A stretch of 64,000 nucleotides of DNA from Patescibacteria group bacterium (GCA_040384485.1 JAZKJH010000002.1:150235-214234); one strand, 5' to 3'. Shown: positions 9,644-19,908, numbered from the stretch's first letter. Numbers and translations: made by a program. The notes: generated from the letters alone by a model not told the origin.

Positions 9644-10252
9644 TTATTTCTTGTTTCTATTTACCCACCAATCACTATCTTTATCAAACCACCAATCGTT
9701 GGAATCGGTATTTACCATCTCCTCAGCTATAGCAAGGGCCTGTGGCGTTTTAAGTCGTTCAATAGCCTTAGTCATCCACTCCAAAGCCCGTATGTTTCCC
9801 GCATCTACCTGCTCCTTCAAAGAAAAGGCCCATTCTAGGTTGTCTGCATCTTTTACTAAGATAGATTCCGGAGATTGTCGCGCCTCATACTCTTCTATGG
9901 TTTGAAACATATCTTGTCCAAACGGAAGCGAATCCGAAATATCCTTTACTGCCTCATGCTCCTTTCTGTCCACATACTTCTGATGCACATAGTTTAAATC
10001 AGATACTCGAGACTCACCTATGTCGTGGAACAAACACATCTTCATTACTTTTGAAACGTCTACAGTGCCATCCATCATAGCTAGACAGTACCCAATAAAA
10101 GAAACTCTGTTTATGTGCTCAGCGACTGATTGGTTTCCAGTTCCTAGAAAATGAAAACCGCTTCTTGGAGTTTTAGTTAATATTCCAACTTCAAAAATAA
10201 AGTTGGTTACTTTTTGGTTTGTTGAAATTTCGTTTGGTTTGTTTTCTTCCAT
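9644..10252 (-). CDS. HD-domain phosphohydrolase (YfbR-like 5'-nucleotidase family)
   Basis: 202 aa; HD motif LFHDIGE, conserved His upstream. Confidence 0.75.
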   Translation of the reverse strand: MEENKPNEISTNQKVTNFIFEVGILTKTPRSGFHFLGTGNQSVAEHINRVSFIGYCLAMMDGTVDVSKVMKMCLFHDIGESRVSDLNYVHQKYVDRKEHEAVKDISDSLPFGQDMFQTIEEYEARQSPESILVKDADNLEWAFSLKEQVDAGNIRALEWMTKAIERLKTPQALAIAEEMVNTDSNDWWFDKDSDWWVNRNKK

Positions 10253-10253
10253 A

Positions 10254-11087
10254 TTATAATGAATTAATTTCGTTAATTACTTTTTGTATTTCTGAATCCT
10301 TCAAACCTATACCTTTTAAAAGCTCAGGTTTTTCTGTAAGTTTTTTTGCTAGTACTATTCCTTGGTTTAGTAACTCTTTTTTCTCCCGTCCATTGAGTGT
10401 CACGAGACATGTTAGTGGGTGCAGTTTGGCCTCGACTATCATGTCATGTAAGTTACCTATTGGTGGATAGTTCCATCCAATCATCTTTATCCCACCTTGG
10501 CAACTACCGTACTCGATTGCGGTTGAAGTGAATTTTGTATTAGTAATAAGCCAGCCTTCGTCGAGTTGTCTTTCTCTGCCATACTTAAACGTCATTTTTC
10601 GCAAGTCGTCGAAGCGTGCCTTTATATACAAAATAACTTTTAGGTCAGATTTAGTTCCACCCTCGTTGTGGAACTTAGCCTCAGCCATGATTAGTTTCTC
10701 AGCATTCCAAGCCACCACGTCAACTTCGTGCTCCACACAAAAGCCTTTTACTATTTTACCTGACTCTGCCTCAAAACCTTGGGTTCTGAAAATCTCGGCA
10801 ATAAAATCCTCAAAAGGAAAGCCTGATGGCCCCAAATCCATAATAGCCTTTTTAAGTGAGTACTTAACAGCAACTGGCATTTCCTCTGCATGCAGTTGGT
10901 GAAAGGCGTGTCGATATATCTCATGAGTAGTTATTTCGTTCTTAAGATGTTCTTTTGTGTGCTTTATGATATCTACAACAGTTTTGCTAGAGGCACCTGC
11001 TTTTTTTAGTGAGTGTTCAAGTTTAGCGACATCAAATAGTTCTTTCGTTCCATCAGCCTTCACCACGTATATTTTTTCGTCCGTCAT
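10254..11087 (-). CDS. ATP-cone domain protein fused to a restriction-endonuclease-like (Mrr-type) domain
   Basis: 277 aa; N-terminal ATP-cone-like VVKADGTKELFDVAKLEHSLKKAG; C-terminal PD-(D/E)xK-like segment VEHEVDVVAW...AEAKFHNE. Confidence 0.5.
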   Translation of the reverse strand: MTDEKIYVVKADGTKELFDVAKLEHSLKKAGASSKTVVDIIKHTKEHLKNEITTHEIYRHAFHQLHAEEMPVAVKYSLKKAIMDLGPSGFPFEDFIAEIFRTQGFEAESGKIVKGFCVEHEVDVVAWNAEKLIMAEAKFHNEGGTKSDLKVILYIKARFDDLRKMTFKYGRERQLDEGWLITNTKFTSTAIEYGSCQGGIKMIGWNYPPIGNLHDMIVEAKLHPLTCLVTLNGREKKELLNQGIVLAKKLTEKPELLKGIGLKDSEIQKVINEINSL

Positions 11088-11134
11088 ATTACTTTATTAT
11101 CTCATAGAACTTATTTTGGACAAAATAATTTATA

Positions 11135-12214
11135 TTATGTTGCGTTCTCTATAACTCCCCCTCCTAGGCAAGTTTCGTTTTCATAAAAAACTACAGACTG
11201 ACCGATAGAAACTCCAACCTGTGACATGTCGAATGTTGCCTTAAAACCTTGAGCTGTTTTTTCGAGTATGCAACTTTGTTTTTCTTGCCTGTAACGTATC
11301 CTAGCTTCTAGTTTATATGGAAGCTTTAATGACTCACCACTTATAAAATGAATTTCTTTAAACAATATCTCAGTCTTTGCCTCTTTTTGCTTATCTATTT
11401 CGTCCCCAACAGTAATAGTGTTATTCTGGATGCTTTTTGCAACCACAAAAAACTTCGGATCATTCGGACCTTTTTTTGTAATACTGAATCCATGACCCTG
11501 GCCTATGGTGTAGAACATAGCACCGTCGTGAGTTCCAACGACTTCTCCTTTGATGTTGTGGACATTCCCTGACTTCTTTTCAATATAGTGCGCTAGAAAA
11601 TCCTTCATATCTACTTTTCCAATAAAGCAAAGCCCTTGGCTATCTTTTTTTTCTGCTGTTGGCAGATTAAATTCCTTTGCAAGTTTTCTAACTTCTGGCT
11701 TAGTAAGGTGTCCTATTGGAAACAATACATGTTTCAATTGCTCTTGATTTAAAGTGTGAACGAAATAACTTTGATCTTTTTCCTTATCTACTGACTCCTT
11801 GAGTTCGTACCTATCATTAGATTCGCATCGCTGGGCGTAGTGACCAGTCGCGACAAAGTCCGCGCCCATTTCGAGAGCCTTCTTCAGAAAAACCCCGAAC
11901 TTAACATATTTATTACAAAAAACATCTGGGTTTGGAACTCTTCCGCTTGAGTATTCTCGTATCATATAATCCACCACCTCATTTTTATACTCCTTTTCAC
12001 AGTCCATTGTAATAAAAGGAACATGAAGAGTAGCGCAAACTCTCATTGCACTTCGTCTCTCTTCTTTCCAGTCACATGGTAGCCACTCTGGATGCCACAC
12101 TTTCAAAAATACTCCGGTAACATCGTATCCATCTTTTATAAGTAGCGCCAAAGCAACAGAAGAGTCTACTCCTCCAGATACACCAACAAAAACTTTGGGC
12201 TTTTTATTCATCAT
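11135..12214 (-). CDS. mnmA: tRNA-specific 2-thiouridylase
   Basis: 359 aa; PP-loop VGVSGGVDSSVA and MnmA core. Confidence 0.9.
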   Translation of the reverse strand: MMNKKPKVFVGVSGGVDSSVALALLIKDGYDVTGVFLKVWHPEWLPCDWKEERRSAMRVCATLHVPFITMDCEKEYKNEVVDYMIREYSSGRVPNPDVFCNKYVKFGVFLKKALEMGADFVATGHYAQRCESNDRYELKESVDKEKDQSYFVHTLNQEQLKHVLFPIGHLTKPEVRKLAKEFNLPTAEKKDSQGLCFIGKVDMKDFLAHYIEKKSGNVHNIKGEVVGTHDGAMFYTIGQGHGFSITKKGPNDPKFFVVAKSIQNNTITVGDEIDKQKEAKTEILFKEIHFISGESLKLPYKLEARIRYRQEKQSCILEKTAQGFKATFDMSQVGVSIGQSVVFYENETCLGGGVIENAT

Positions 12215-12292
12215 AATCTTTATATCACAAAACTAGGGTATTCTCATAAAACAAAAGGAAGATTTGAAGATCTTCCTTTTATACATTGGGTC

Positions 12293-12475
12293 CTAGGACA
12301 CATTACTATGTTGCCGGTTATAAATATGTGTGGCAATCATTGCCGCAACCAAATATACCAATCCAAATTCCCAAAACTTGGACTCATTTCCAAAAATAAT
12401 TCCGTACACAGCAGTGACTGAAATACCGCAAAGAAACGCGAATCTGAAACGGTCTGAATTGAATGGAACTTTCAT
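12293..12475 (-). CDS. hypothetical small membrane protein
   Basis: 60 aa, two hydrophobic segments; weak support. Confidence 0.3.
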   Translation of the reverse strand: MKVPFNSDRFRFAFLCGISVTAVYGIIFGNESKFWEFGLVYLVAAMIATHIYNRQHSNVS

Positions 12476-12534
12476 TAGATTCCTCCTATTGGTTATCCTA
12501 CAATAAAATATATCACTCGTCTAGCTTTAGATGA

Positions 12535-12571
12535 ACAAAAAAATCAGGGTTGCCTGTTGGACAACCCTGAT
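12535..12571 (-). terminator. intrinsic terminator downstream of the 12575-12994 gene
   Basis: 10-bp stem atcagggttg/caaccctgat; on the minus strand it is followed by an 8-nt U-run. Confidence 0.6.
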
Positions 12572-12574
12572 AAG

Positions 12575-12994
12575 TCACGAGAAGAAATTCTTAACTTTCT
12601 GCCAGAAACCAGGTTCGGTCTCTGACATGTCGAATGTCTCCCTTACAGGAGATGCTGGATAGTTGGGCGTTCGTTCTCGCTCTGGAAGGGCCTGATCTCC
12701 AAACCTCATAGGATGCCCCATGAGTGCCTTTCCGAAACTGAAAACGTATGCCATAACGCAACCCCCACCGGCATCGGAGTAACAAAATGCCAAGTCCTCG
12801 GCACCACTCGCAACGCTGATAACTTCGCCAGATCGAAATGTCCGACCACAGTTGTCGCACTTTGTTTTAGACCCCTTATACTTCGCTAGCTCGTAATAAG
12901 GGTCGTCGTCGGGAACGTACCCATCACTCACCTCAATTCCACCCATCCTCGCACCTCCAAGAATCGCGACACCTTCTATCTCTCCTGCTGCCAT
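12575..12994 (-). CDS. hypothetical Cys4 (zinc-ribbon-like) protein, in a high-GC islet
   Basis: Likely start MAAGEIEG... (GGAGG 6 nt upstream); CDNC...CYSDAGGGC cysteine pairs; GC visibly higher than flanks. Confidence 0.5.
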   Translation of the reverse strand: MAAGEIEGVAILGGARMGGIEVSDGYVPDDDPYYELAKYKGSKTKCDNCGRTFRSGEVISVASGAEDLAFCYSDAGGGCVMAYVFSFGKALMGHPMRFGDQALPERERTPNYPASPVRETFDMSETEPGFWQKVKNFFS

Positions 12995-13050
12995 AAGCAA
13001 CCTCCGATTACCAAACTATCACCTTTGAATTAATTGTCAAAATTTTGTAT

Positions 13051-13094
13051 AAAAAAAACGAGAGTTACGGACGATGTATTGTCCATAACTCTCG
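13051..13094 (-). terminator. intrinsic terminator between the two genes of the high-GC islet
   Basis: cgagagttacgga...tccataactctcg hairpin with 8-nt U-run on the minus strand. Confidence 0.55.
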
Positions 13095-13099
13095 ATGTG

Positions 13100-13624
13100 T
13101 CACTGAAGATCGAAGTTACGCTTCAGTGTGTCGGCCGGAATGTAGATTTCGTACTTCTCCCTGTGTGGAGCGAGCGCGATCCAGTCATGCCATGCCGTTT
13201 CCAGTTTCCTTGTATACTTTTTGATTGAAGGCTTGTTTTCATTTCCTTCAAACAAGGTCACGTTGTCGCGAACTGGAATTTTTCCTGGACGAATCCCGCC
13301 GTTTCCTACTTCGGTGTAGTAGAAGTAGTATTCATTAGACTGAATTACGCCGGTGCCAAGAAAGAAACTTCCGTCACCACGACTGACACCGCGGAGGTGA
13401 ATCAAGTTAGTCACTTCCGGTTTTGACCAGCCATGACTCACAAAATCACCGACGATATAGGCGACAACTGCTCCTAACCCTAGACCAAACATACCAACAA
13501 AGATCGCCATCATCATGATCGGCATGTAGTCGAACAGGTCTTTTGGTGGCATCCAGGCGGCTTCAAAACCCAAAAAGGTCCCAAATACCAAACCAATAAG
13601 GCCAAAAACTAACACAACAAGCAT
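13100..13624 (-). CDS. hypothetical 2-TM membrane protein with C-terminal soluble domain, in a high-GC islet
   Basis: Probable start MLVVLVFGL (AAAGGAG 6 nt upstream); two TM helices; no recognised domain. Confidence 0.5.
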   Translation of the reverse strand: MLVVLVFGLIGLVFGTFLGFEAAWMPPKDLFDYMPIMMMAIFVGMFGLGLGAVVAYIVGDFVSHGWSKPEVTNLIHLRGVSRGDGSFFLGTGVIQSNEYYFYYTEVGNGGIRPGKIPVRDNVTLFEGNENKPSIKKYTRKLETAWHDWIALAPHREKYEIYIPADTLKRNFDLQ

Positions 13625-13719
13625 CCTCTGCTCCTTTTGACTCTGATATAGTGTGCACGATTGCACAAATTTCCTAGTAGGAATTATACACTATAATATA
13701 AATATTGTCAATATTTATA

Positions 13720-14721
13720 TTATCTCAGATACCTATCTCTGTTTACCTGGTGGCCCTCGAAGTTTGTAGCGTAATACATTTTTCCATCCTTACTAGAAAG
13801 GAAGTACAGGTAGTTTGTTTTGGTTGGATTCATTGCGGCCAAAATTGAATCTAGTCCCGGGTTGTTTATGGGTGTTGGAGGAAGTCCTCTGTATTTATAG
13901 GTGTTGTAAGGTGAATCAATCTGTAGATCATCCAATGATAGCTCGTAAGTGTTTTTGCCGTTTATGTATTTAAAAGTTGCATCGACTTGCAGAGGCATAT
14001 CTATACTTATTCTCTTCCACAAAATTCCGGCCACTATTTTTCTACTCTCAGTAGTCTTTGCTTCTCCTTCTAGGATAGAGGCCATAATAATTATATCCTC
14101 TATGTTTCGGCTATTGCTTTTAATCCCAGGAATTGCCAGAATCTTTTCTTCAAAATTTGTCTCCATCTTTTCTATAACAGCATCGGGTTTAGAGGATGGA
14201 TGAAAAAAGTACGTATCAGGAAACAAATACCCTTCTTTTGTTTTTGCGAGTTCGTAAAAAAGATTTTTATCAAAACCTACAAGATTTTGTTCCAGATAAT
14301 TCCCTATCTCAATAACGCCCCAGCCTTCAGGTATAGTCAGTTTCTTGTCTTCGAGTTTGGATTCTCCTGTAGTTAGTCTTTTTGCAATAGTTAACACTCC
14401 AAGTTTTTTCTCTAGCAAATAATCTCCTGCAATAATATTTTTCTCGGCTTCCATAAGGATGACTGCTATCCTAAAAATAAAAGGTGAGCGAATTACGTTT
14501 AGACGCTCTAGCTCCAAAGAAACTGCCTGAAGGTTAGTACCGTTCTCTATATGCACTATTGTATTTACCGGAAAACTTTTAGGAGGAAAAAATGAAGAAA
14601 GAACAGCAAGTAGAACAACAAGTGCAGAAAAAACTATTACCTGTGCCTTTTTATTATCTTGCTTTATTTCAACTATACTTTCCGAAACTACAGACTGTTG
14701 TATGTTTTGATTTTCATCCAT
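13720..14721 (-). CDS. mltG: endolytic murein transglycosylase MltG (YceG family)
   Basis: 333 aa; N-terminal TM, signature SPYNTYKYRGLPPTPINNPG. Confidence 0.85.
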   Translation of the reverse strand: MDENQNIQQSVVSESIVEIKQDNKKAQVIVFSALVVLLAVLSSFFPPKSFPVNTIVHIENGTNLQAVSLELERLNVIRSPFIFRIAVILMEAEKNIIAGDYLLEKKLGVLTIAKRLTTGESKLEDKKLTIPEGWGVIEIGNYLEQNLVGFDKNLFYELAKTKEGYLFPDTYFFHPSSKPDAVIEKMETNFEEKILAIPGIKSNSRNIEDIIIMASILEGEAKTTESRKIVAGILWKRISIDMPLQVDATFKYINGKNTYELSLDDLQIDSPYNTYKYRGLPPTPINNPGLDSILAAMNPTKTNYLYFLSSKDGKMYYATNFEGHQVNRDRYLR

Positions 14722-14724
14722 AGG

Positions 14725-15951
14725 TTATATCGGTAGGTTAGATGGCGGCTCAGCTTTTCTAGATTCAGTTCTAGAGAACGTAGGAGTGCCTGCAACGGAA
14801 CCAGGAAAGTGAAAGATAGTCGCAAGTTCCTCAGTATTCAATACAAAATATGGACTTGGAGGTATTTTGTAGAAATAAGATCTTTTTTTATATGCATCAA
14901 GCATCGCTTTTTTTTCAAACTGCAGATCCTTTGGTTTCTTAGAAGAAAATCCTCGACTTGGTTTAAATCCGTTTAATGAGGAATTGAAATGCATAACCCC
15001 TCCCACAAGTCCTCCGATATTAGCCATATTGAACACATCCTTATTTGCGATATACATCATTCGCATACCCACATCAAAACCTGACTTAGAAACACTTCTT
15101 TCGAGTGCTGCGATAATATCGCTTTCACCGGAAGTAAGACTTCTGTTTGTACCAGGAACTGGTTTTCCTTCCGCATCCTTATCACCTTTTGTTTTAGCAA
15201 TTATTTTGTTTATCTCTTCCTCTGCACCTTTCTGCCATTTTAGATCAACTAGTTTCCCTGTTACAGGATCAACATTCTCAGCCTTGTGTCCACGTATAAT
15301 AATCTGAAACCATGCCTGATGTCCTGGTGGTATGGCCCCCATAGCTTCAATAAGTGGTGTAATCGGGTCGAGTTTGTATTCTTCTTTTGGATCCTTTTCC
15401 AAACCATAATCAATATATGTTTTTATAGGATATGCATCAGGTTTTGTAAGATCAAACTCCGTTGCCCAGATATCGTTTACCTCTGGGGTATAAGTTACCT
15501 CCAGTGAGTAGTCGTCTTGTTCGTATATCTCTATCCCAGGGTACTGAGAGTAAAGGTTTGCTTCTATCTTGTTTTTGTCTCCTTTTTTCACCCAAGCAAG
15601 AAACTTTACGACCCCACCTAGCGAAACTATTTCGAGGGACTGCCACATACGTAACTTGCCTTTCCAATGCTTTTCTAAAAACGTCCCCTCACTACCTGGA
15701 TCCCACATCCCGTTTATAAAAAACTCAGTTGCTCGAGGAGATTTAAAAACATCTTTTGGAGGCTTTATTTCCAAAACTATATACTCCTGCTTGTTAAAAA
15801 AAAGACCCCTTCTGTACCGCATCCATAAATCAAAATTTATTTTGATTAGAAAAACAGGTATAGCAAAAAAGATGGCATAGAAGAAAAACTGAAGCGCTAC
15901 TTTTATAAACGCGGTTATGTCTCCCGAACCTAACTGACTGAGAAAATCCAT
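14725..15951 (-). CDS. hypothetical membrane-anchored protein
   Basis: 408 aa; N-terminal TM (FFYAIFFAIPVFLI), no recognised domain. Confidence 0.5.
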   Translation of the reverse strand: MDFLSQLGSGDITAFIKVALQFFFYAIFFAIPVFLIKINFDLWMRYRRGLFFNKQEYIVLEIKPPKDVFKSPRATEFFINGMWDPGSEGTFLEKHWKGKLRMWQSLEIVSLGGVVKFLAWVKKGDKNKIEANLYSQYPGIEIYEQDDYSLEVTYTPEVNDIWATEFDLTKPDAYPIKTYIDYGLEKDPKEEYKLDPITPLIEAMGAIPPGHQAWFQIIIRGHKAENVDPVTGKLVDLKWQKGAEEEINKIIAKTKGDKDAEGKPVPGTNRSLTSGESDIIAALERSVSKSGFDVGMRMMYIANKDVFNMANIGGLVGGVMHFNSSLNGFKPSRGFSSKKPKDLQFEKKAMLDAYKKRSYFYKIPPSPYFVLNTEELATIFHFPGSVAGTPTFSRTESRKAEPPSNLPI

Positions 15952-16039
15952 ACAATAATTATACCCGAGTTTTAAAAAAAGTATATTTATCTGTAGGGAA
16001 AACTCAAAACAAAAACCACCATAGTGGTGGTCTTTTGTT

Positions 16040-17077
16040 TTATGCTAGTGCGTATTTTCCGTCTTTTTGCTTTTTGAAAAACTTTGAGTTCTGTAGGTTT
16101 ACTAGGATTGTGTTTTCTTTCACATATCTTTCCTTCATTACCTTTTTCACGATATCTTCTTTTGTCATAGGACCGTTCTTTTCGATAATGCCTCGTATAA
16201 CGTCTCTTACAACTCCGCTCATATAACCCCATTCAGAAAGAGCGTACAATCCACGTCCTACTAGTACGAACCTTGGGTCTTTTATAAGCTCGTTGTGTGT
16301 AGTCGCTACGTGAGCCTTCTTTTTGAACAACTCTGTGATTAGTTTTGCCACTTCTCTGAAGTGAATAGGAGAACCGTGTCTTCTGATAACCAGGAAGGCG
16401 TAGTCTCTCATACCTTTTGCATTGATGTTTGATGAGCCAGATTTACCCCATTCTCCTAGTGGGTTTTTGTCGATAAGTTTAGACAGGTGCAACCATCGTT
16501 TTGCTATTTCTTCGTTTTTGTATTTGTCTGAAACATCTTTTACATGCTCTAGGAACTTTTCAACCATGTCAGACTCTAGCAGTATCTCGTCGTCAGAAAG
16601 AGTTGCGTACAGGTTTCGTAGTGACTCATGAATCTTCTTTGTTAGTTCTTTGTCTACTGTCCATCGGTGCTTGAACTCGTTGTCTTCTTTTTCCTTGTGG
16701 AAATCGTCGCCCACTGTCAGTAGGAAGTGGATTTGGTTTTGAGTAGATTTGTCTTTAGATATGTGTTTCAAAAATGCATCCTCTCCGATAGTACCACCCA
16801 TCTCATGCATTATCTTTTTTAGCTCATCAAAAACAGCCTTTTCTTTTGCATACTCCTTTGATTTTCGGATATTGATAATAGAGTAGTTTTCTATTTGTCT
16901 TACTCTTTCTCGTGTAATCTTGTACTTCTTTCCGATAGCCTCAAGAGTCATGCGTTTTGTATCGTTACCTAGTCCAAAACGAGATGTAATCACGTCTTGT
17001 GCTCGGTCACCTAAAACAGACACAAGTCTCTTTATAACTTGTTTTGGTTTAAATGTTATTGGTACTTTTTCAGCCAT
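16040..17077 (-). CDS. sigma-70 region-4-like HTH domain protein
   Basis: 345 aa; N-terminus ITSRFGL...TLEAIGKKYKITRERVRQIE closely resembles sigma70 region 4.2; remainder unassigned. Confidence 0.55.
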   Translation of the reverse strand: MAEKVPITFKPKQVIKRLVSVLGDRAQDVITSRFGLGNDTKRMTLEAIGKKYKITRERVRQIENYSIINIRKSKEYAKEKAVFDELKKIMHEMGGTIGEDAFLKHISKDKSTQNQIHFLLTVGDDFHKEKEDNEFKHRWTVDKELTKKIHESLRNLYATLSDDEILLESDMVEKFLEHVKDVSDKYKNEEIAKRWLHLSKLIDKNPLGEWGKSGSSNINAKGMRDYAFLVIRRHGSPIHFREVAKLITELFKKKAHVATTHNELIKDPRFVLVGRGLYALSEWGYMSGVVRDVIRGIIEKNGPMTKEDIVKKVMKERYVKENTILVNLQNSKFFKKQKDGKYALA

Positions 17078-17198
17078 AAATTAATTGATGAGTTAATTAT
17101 TTAATAAATTGAAACACTAAAGCTTGTCTATTTGTATCATTATTAACAAACTAAGTCAACCCTTGACGATAGCTCTCTTAAAAACGCTTAAAACAGGC

Positions 17199-19817
17199 TT
17201 AAACCACAAAGTTTATGATCTTGTTCGGCACAAAAACAACCTTCTGTACGTCCTTCCCCACTATCCATTTTTCTACTTCAGCCAACCCTCTTGCTAATCC
17301 GCTAACGTATTCTTCTTTAGAACCATACGGCACAACACAAGTAGCTCTAACCTTACTATTTATCTGGATAACAATTTTAACCTCGTCTGAGACAAGTTTC
17401 TTAGGGTCGTATTTTGGCCATTTTTCTAAAACTAAGGGTTTCTTGTTACCGAACTGTTGCCAGATTTCTTCTGTAATATGTGGAGCAAATGGGCAAAGAA
17501 TTTTCAAAAAAGCTTCAAAATCCTTCTCTGAAACTATCTTACCGTTGGACAATGTTTCCTCTATTTTATTCAAAAGCACCATCATTGCAGAAACAGCAGT
17601 GTTGAAACTAAAACTTTCTATATCCTCACCCACTTTTTTTATCGTTTTGTGGAGAATAATTTCAAAATCAGGGTCAGATTTCTTATTTTTTTCAATTATC
17701 TGGGGTGATACTCTCCAAGTTCTTTCTAAAAATCTTCGAGAACCAATAATACTGTCAGTATTCCATGGTAGAGACGCTTCAAAGGGCCCCATAAACATCT
17801 CATATACCCTTAATGTATCTGCACCATATGTAGAAACAATGTCGTTTGGGTTTATTACATTTCCCCAACGCTTACTCATCTTTCGATTATCTGGACCAAG
17901 AATCATTCCTTGATTTTTCAAAGTTTTAAATGGCTCAGATGAAAATACGAGTCCATGATCTTTCAGGAACTTGTGCCAAAACCTTGCATACAACAAATGC
18001 CCAGTAGCATGTTCAGCTCCGCCAACATACATATCAACACTGTCCCAATATTTCAAAGCTTTTTTATCCGCAAAAGCTTTCTTGTTTTTTGGATCCATAT
18101 AGCGCAAAAAGTACCAAGACGAACCAGCCCAACCTGGCATAGTGTTTGTTTCTAAACCTTTTTTCACCCATGAAGAAACGCCAGCGAGTGGAGATTCTCC
18201 TGTACCTGTTGGCATATATGATTTAACCTCGGGAAGCCTTAGTGGCAACTCTTTATCTTTTAGAGGATTAATTGTTCCGTCCTTACTGTGCACAAGTGGT
18301 ATAGGCTCACCCCAGTACCTTTGTCGTGCAAAAACAGCATCACGAATCTTATAAGTCGCGTGAACTCGAGCCCAACCCTTAGAAACTAGATACTTAACCA
18401 TATCCTTTCTAGCGTCTTTTCCATTCCTTCCCATAAACTCCTTCGGTTCAGTTAGTATTCCAGACTCCATATCATTGAAACAAACCTCTAAGTCTTTAAC
18501 TTTTTCTCCAAGTGCTTTATCTAGCGGCATTAAGACAGTCTTAAGTGGAATATTGAACTTTTTTGCAAAAGCAAAATCTCTTTCATCATGAGCTGAGCAC
18601 TTAACTATTCCTGTACCATATTCTTTTAGAGCGAAACTAGCTATCCAAATAGGCAAATTCCCATTTCCTAATGGATCCAATGCATAGCATCCGGTAAAAA
18701 TACCGTCTATCTCTTTGTATTCTCCTTCAGCAAAAGATTCACGTCTTTTTACTATATCATTTGCCTTTTTGAGTATTTCCTCCTGGTTTGATCTGTCAGC
18801 TAAAAGTTTTGGCAGTAGTGGATGATCTGGGGCAATGGCAAAAAAAGTATCGGCATAACATGCTTCAAAATGCGCAGAAAAAGTTTCCAACACAATATCA
18901 CTATCCTTTACGGGAGCTTGAAAGATAAGACCTTCACTTTTTCCGATCCAATTCTTTTGAATCTCTTTTATGCTGTCGTTCCAGTCTAGTTTTTCTAAAC
19001 CAGCCAAAAGTTTGTCAGCATAGGCAGTGATTCGCAAAAACCACTGTCTCATTTCTTTTTTTTCAACAGGATAACCTCCTCTTTCAGATACTGGACCGTT
19101 GGGTCCATCTAATATTTCATCGTTAGCCAGTACTGTGCCCAAAACAGGACACCAGTTAACTGAACTCCAGCCTTCATAAGCCAGTCTATAGTTCATCAAG
19201 ATATCCTGTTTTTCCTTTGGAGTCTTACTGTTCCAATCAATTTTTGAAAAGGTTGTACGCTCTGTAGTGTGAGCTTTTATTTTTTCATTTCCCTCCTTTT
19301 CAAATATGCGAACCAAAGTTTCAATTGGTTCCGCCTTATCCTTTTCTTTGTTATACCATGAGCCAAAAAGTTTTAGGAAAATAGACTGAGTCCATTTATA
19401 GAATTCTGGGTCGGTTGTGTTTACTTTTCTACTCCAGTCATAGGAAAGGCCTATTATCTGAAGTTGCTTCTCAAACATCTTAATATTATCCATGACTGCT
19501 TTTCTAGGAGCTATTTTGTGCTCTAGAGCATACTGCTCAGCAGGAAGACCGAATGCATCATATCCCATAGGGTGAAGCACGTTATAGCCCTGCATGCGCT
19601 TCAGTCGAGCATAGACATCAGAACCTATGTATCCCTTTGGGTGACCTACATGCAAACCTGTCCCGGATGGGTACGGAAACATATCCAAAACATAATGTTT
19701 TTTGCCTTTTTCCTTAGTTTTATAAACCTTTTTCTTCTCCCAAAGAGATTGCCATTTCTTTTCAACCTTTAGGTGCTCGTATTCTGGATTTTTTTTAACT
19801 GAGTTTGATTTTTTCAT
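17199..19817 (-). CDS. leuS: leucine--tRNA ligase
   Basis: 872 aa; HIGH-region PYPSGTGLHVGHP, KMSKS (RKMSKRWGNV), class Ia architecture. Confidence 0.95.
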   Translation of the reverse strand: MKKSNSVKKNPEYEHLKVEKKWQSLWEKKKVYKTKEKGKKHYVLDMFPYPSGTGLHVGHPKGYIGSDVYARLKRMQGYNVLHPMGYDAFGLPAEQYALEHKIAPRKAVMDNIKMFEKQLQIIGLSYDWSRKVNTTDPEFYKWTQSIFLKLFGSWYNKEKDKAEPIETLVRIFEKEGNEKIKAHTTERTTFSKIDWNSKTPKEKQDILMNYRLAYEGWSSVNWCPVLGTVLANDEILDGPNGPVSERGGYPVEKKEMRQWFLRITAYADKLLAGLEKLDWNDSIKEIQKNWIGKSEGLIFQAPVKDSDIVLETFSAHFEACYADTFFAIAPDHPLLPKLLADRSNQEEILKKANDIVKRRESFAEGEYKEIDGIFTGCYALDPLGNGNLPIWIASFALKEYGTGIVKCSAHDERDFAFAKKFNIPLKTVLMPLDKALGEKVKDLEVCFNDMESGILTEPKEFMGRNGKDARKDMVKYLVSKGWARVHATYKIRDAVFARQRYWGEPIPLVHSKDGTINPLKDKELPLRLPEVKSYMPTGTGESPLAGVSSWVKKGLETNTMPGWAGSSWYFLRYMDPKNKKAFADKKALKYWDSVDMYVGGAEHATGHLLYARFWHKFLKDHGLVFSSEPFKTLKNQGMILGPDNRKMSKRWGNVINPNDIVSTYGADTLRVYEMFMGPFEASLPWNTDSIIGSRRFLERTWRVSPQIIEKNKKSDPDFEIILHKTIKKVGEDIESFSFNTAVSAMMVLLNKIEETLSNGKIVSEKDFEAFLKILCPFAPHITEEIWQQFGNKKPLVLEKWPKYDPKKLVSDEVKIVIQINSKVRATCVVPYGSKEEYVSGLARGLAEVEKWIVGKDVQKVVFVPNKIINFVV

Positions 19818-19873
19818 AAATAATCTTTTGAAACGTATAATTCATAGTACCTAAAAAACAACTGTATTGCAAA

Positions 19874-19904
19874 AATCACCCCGACTTCGTGGGGTGATTT
19901 TTTT
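19874..19904. terminator. bidirectional intrinsic terminator
   Basis: aatcaccccgacttcgtggggtgatt hairpin flanked by A-run and T-run. Confidence 0.6.
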
Positions 19905-19908
19905 CAAA

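Noticed and set aside
15452-15880. Overlapping ORFs 15452-15667 (-), 15462-15719 (+), 15569-15880 (+) suggesting a nested small gene
   Set aside because: All lie inside the 408-aa membrane-protein gene (14725-15951) with no RBS or composition shift.
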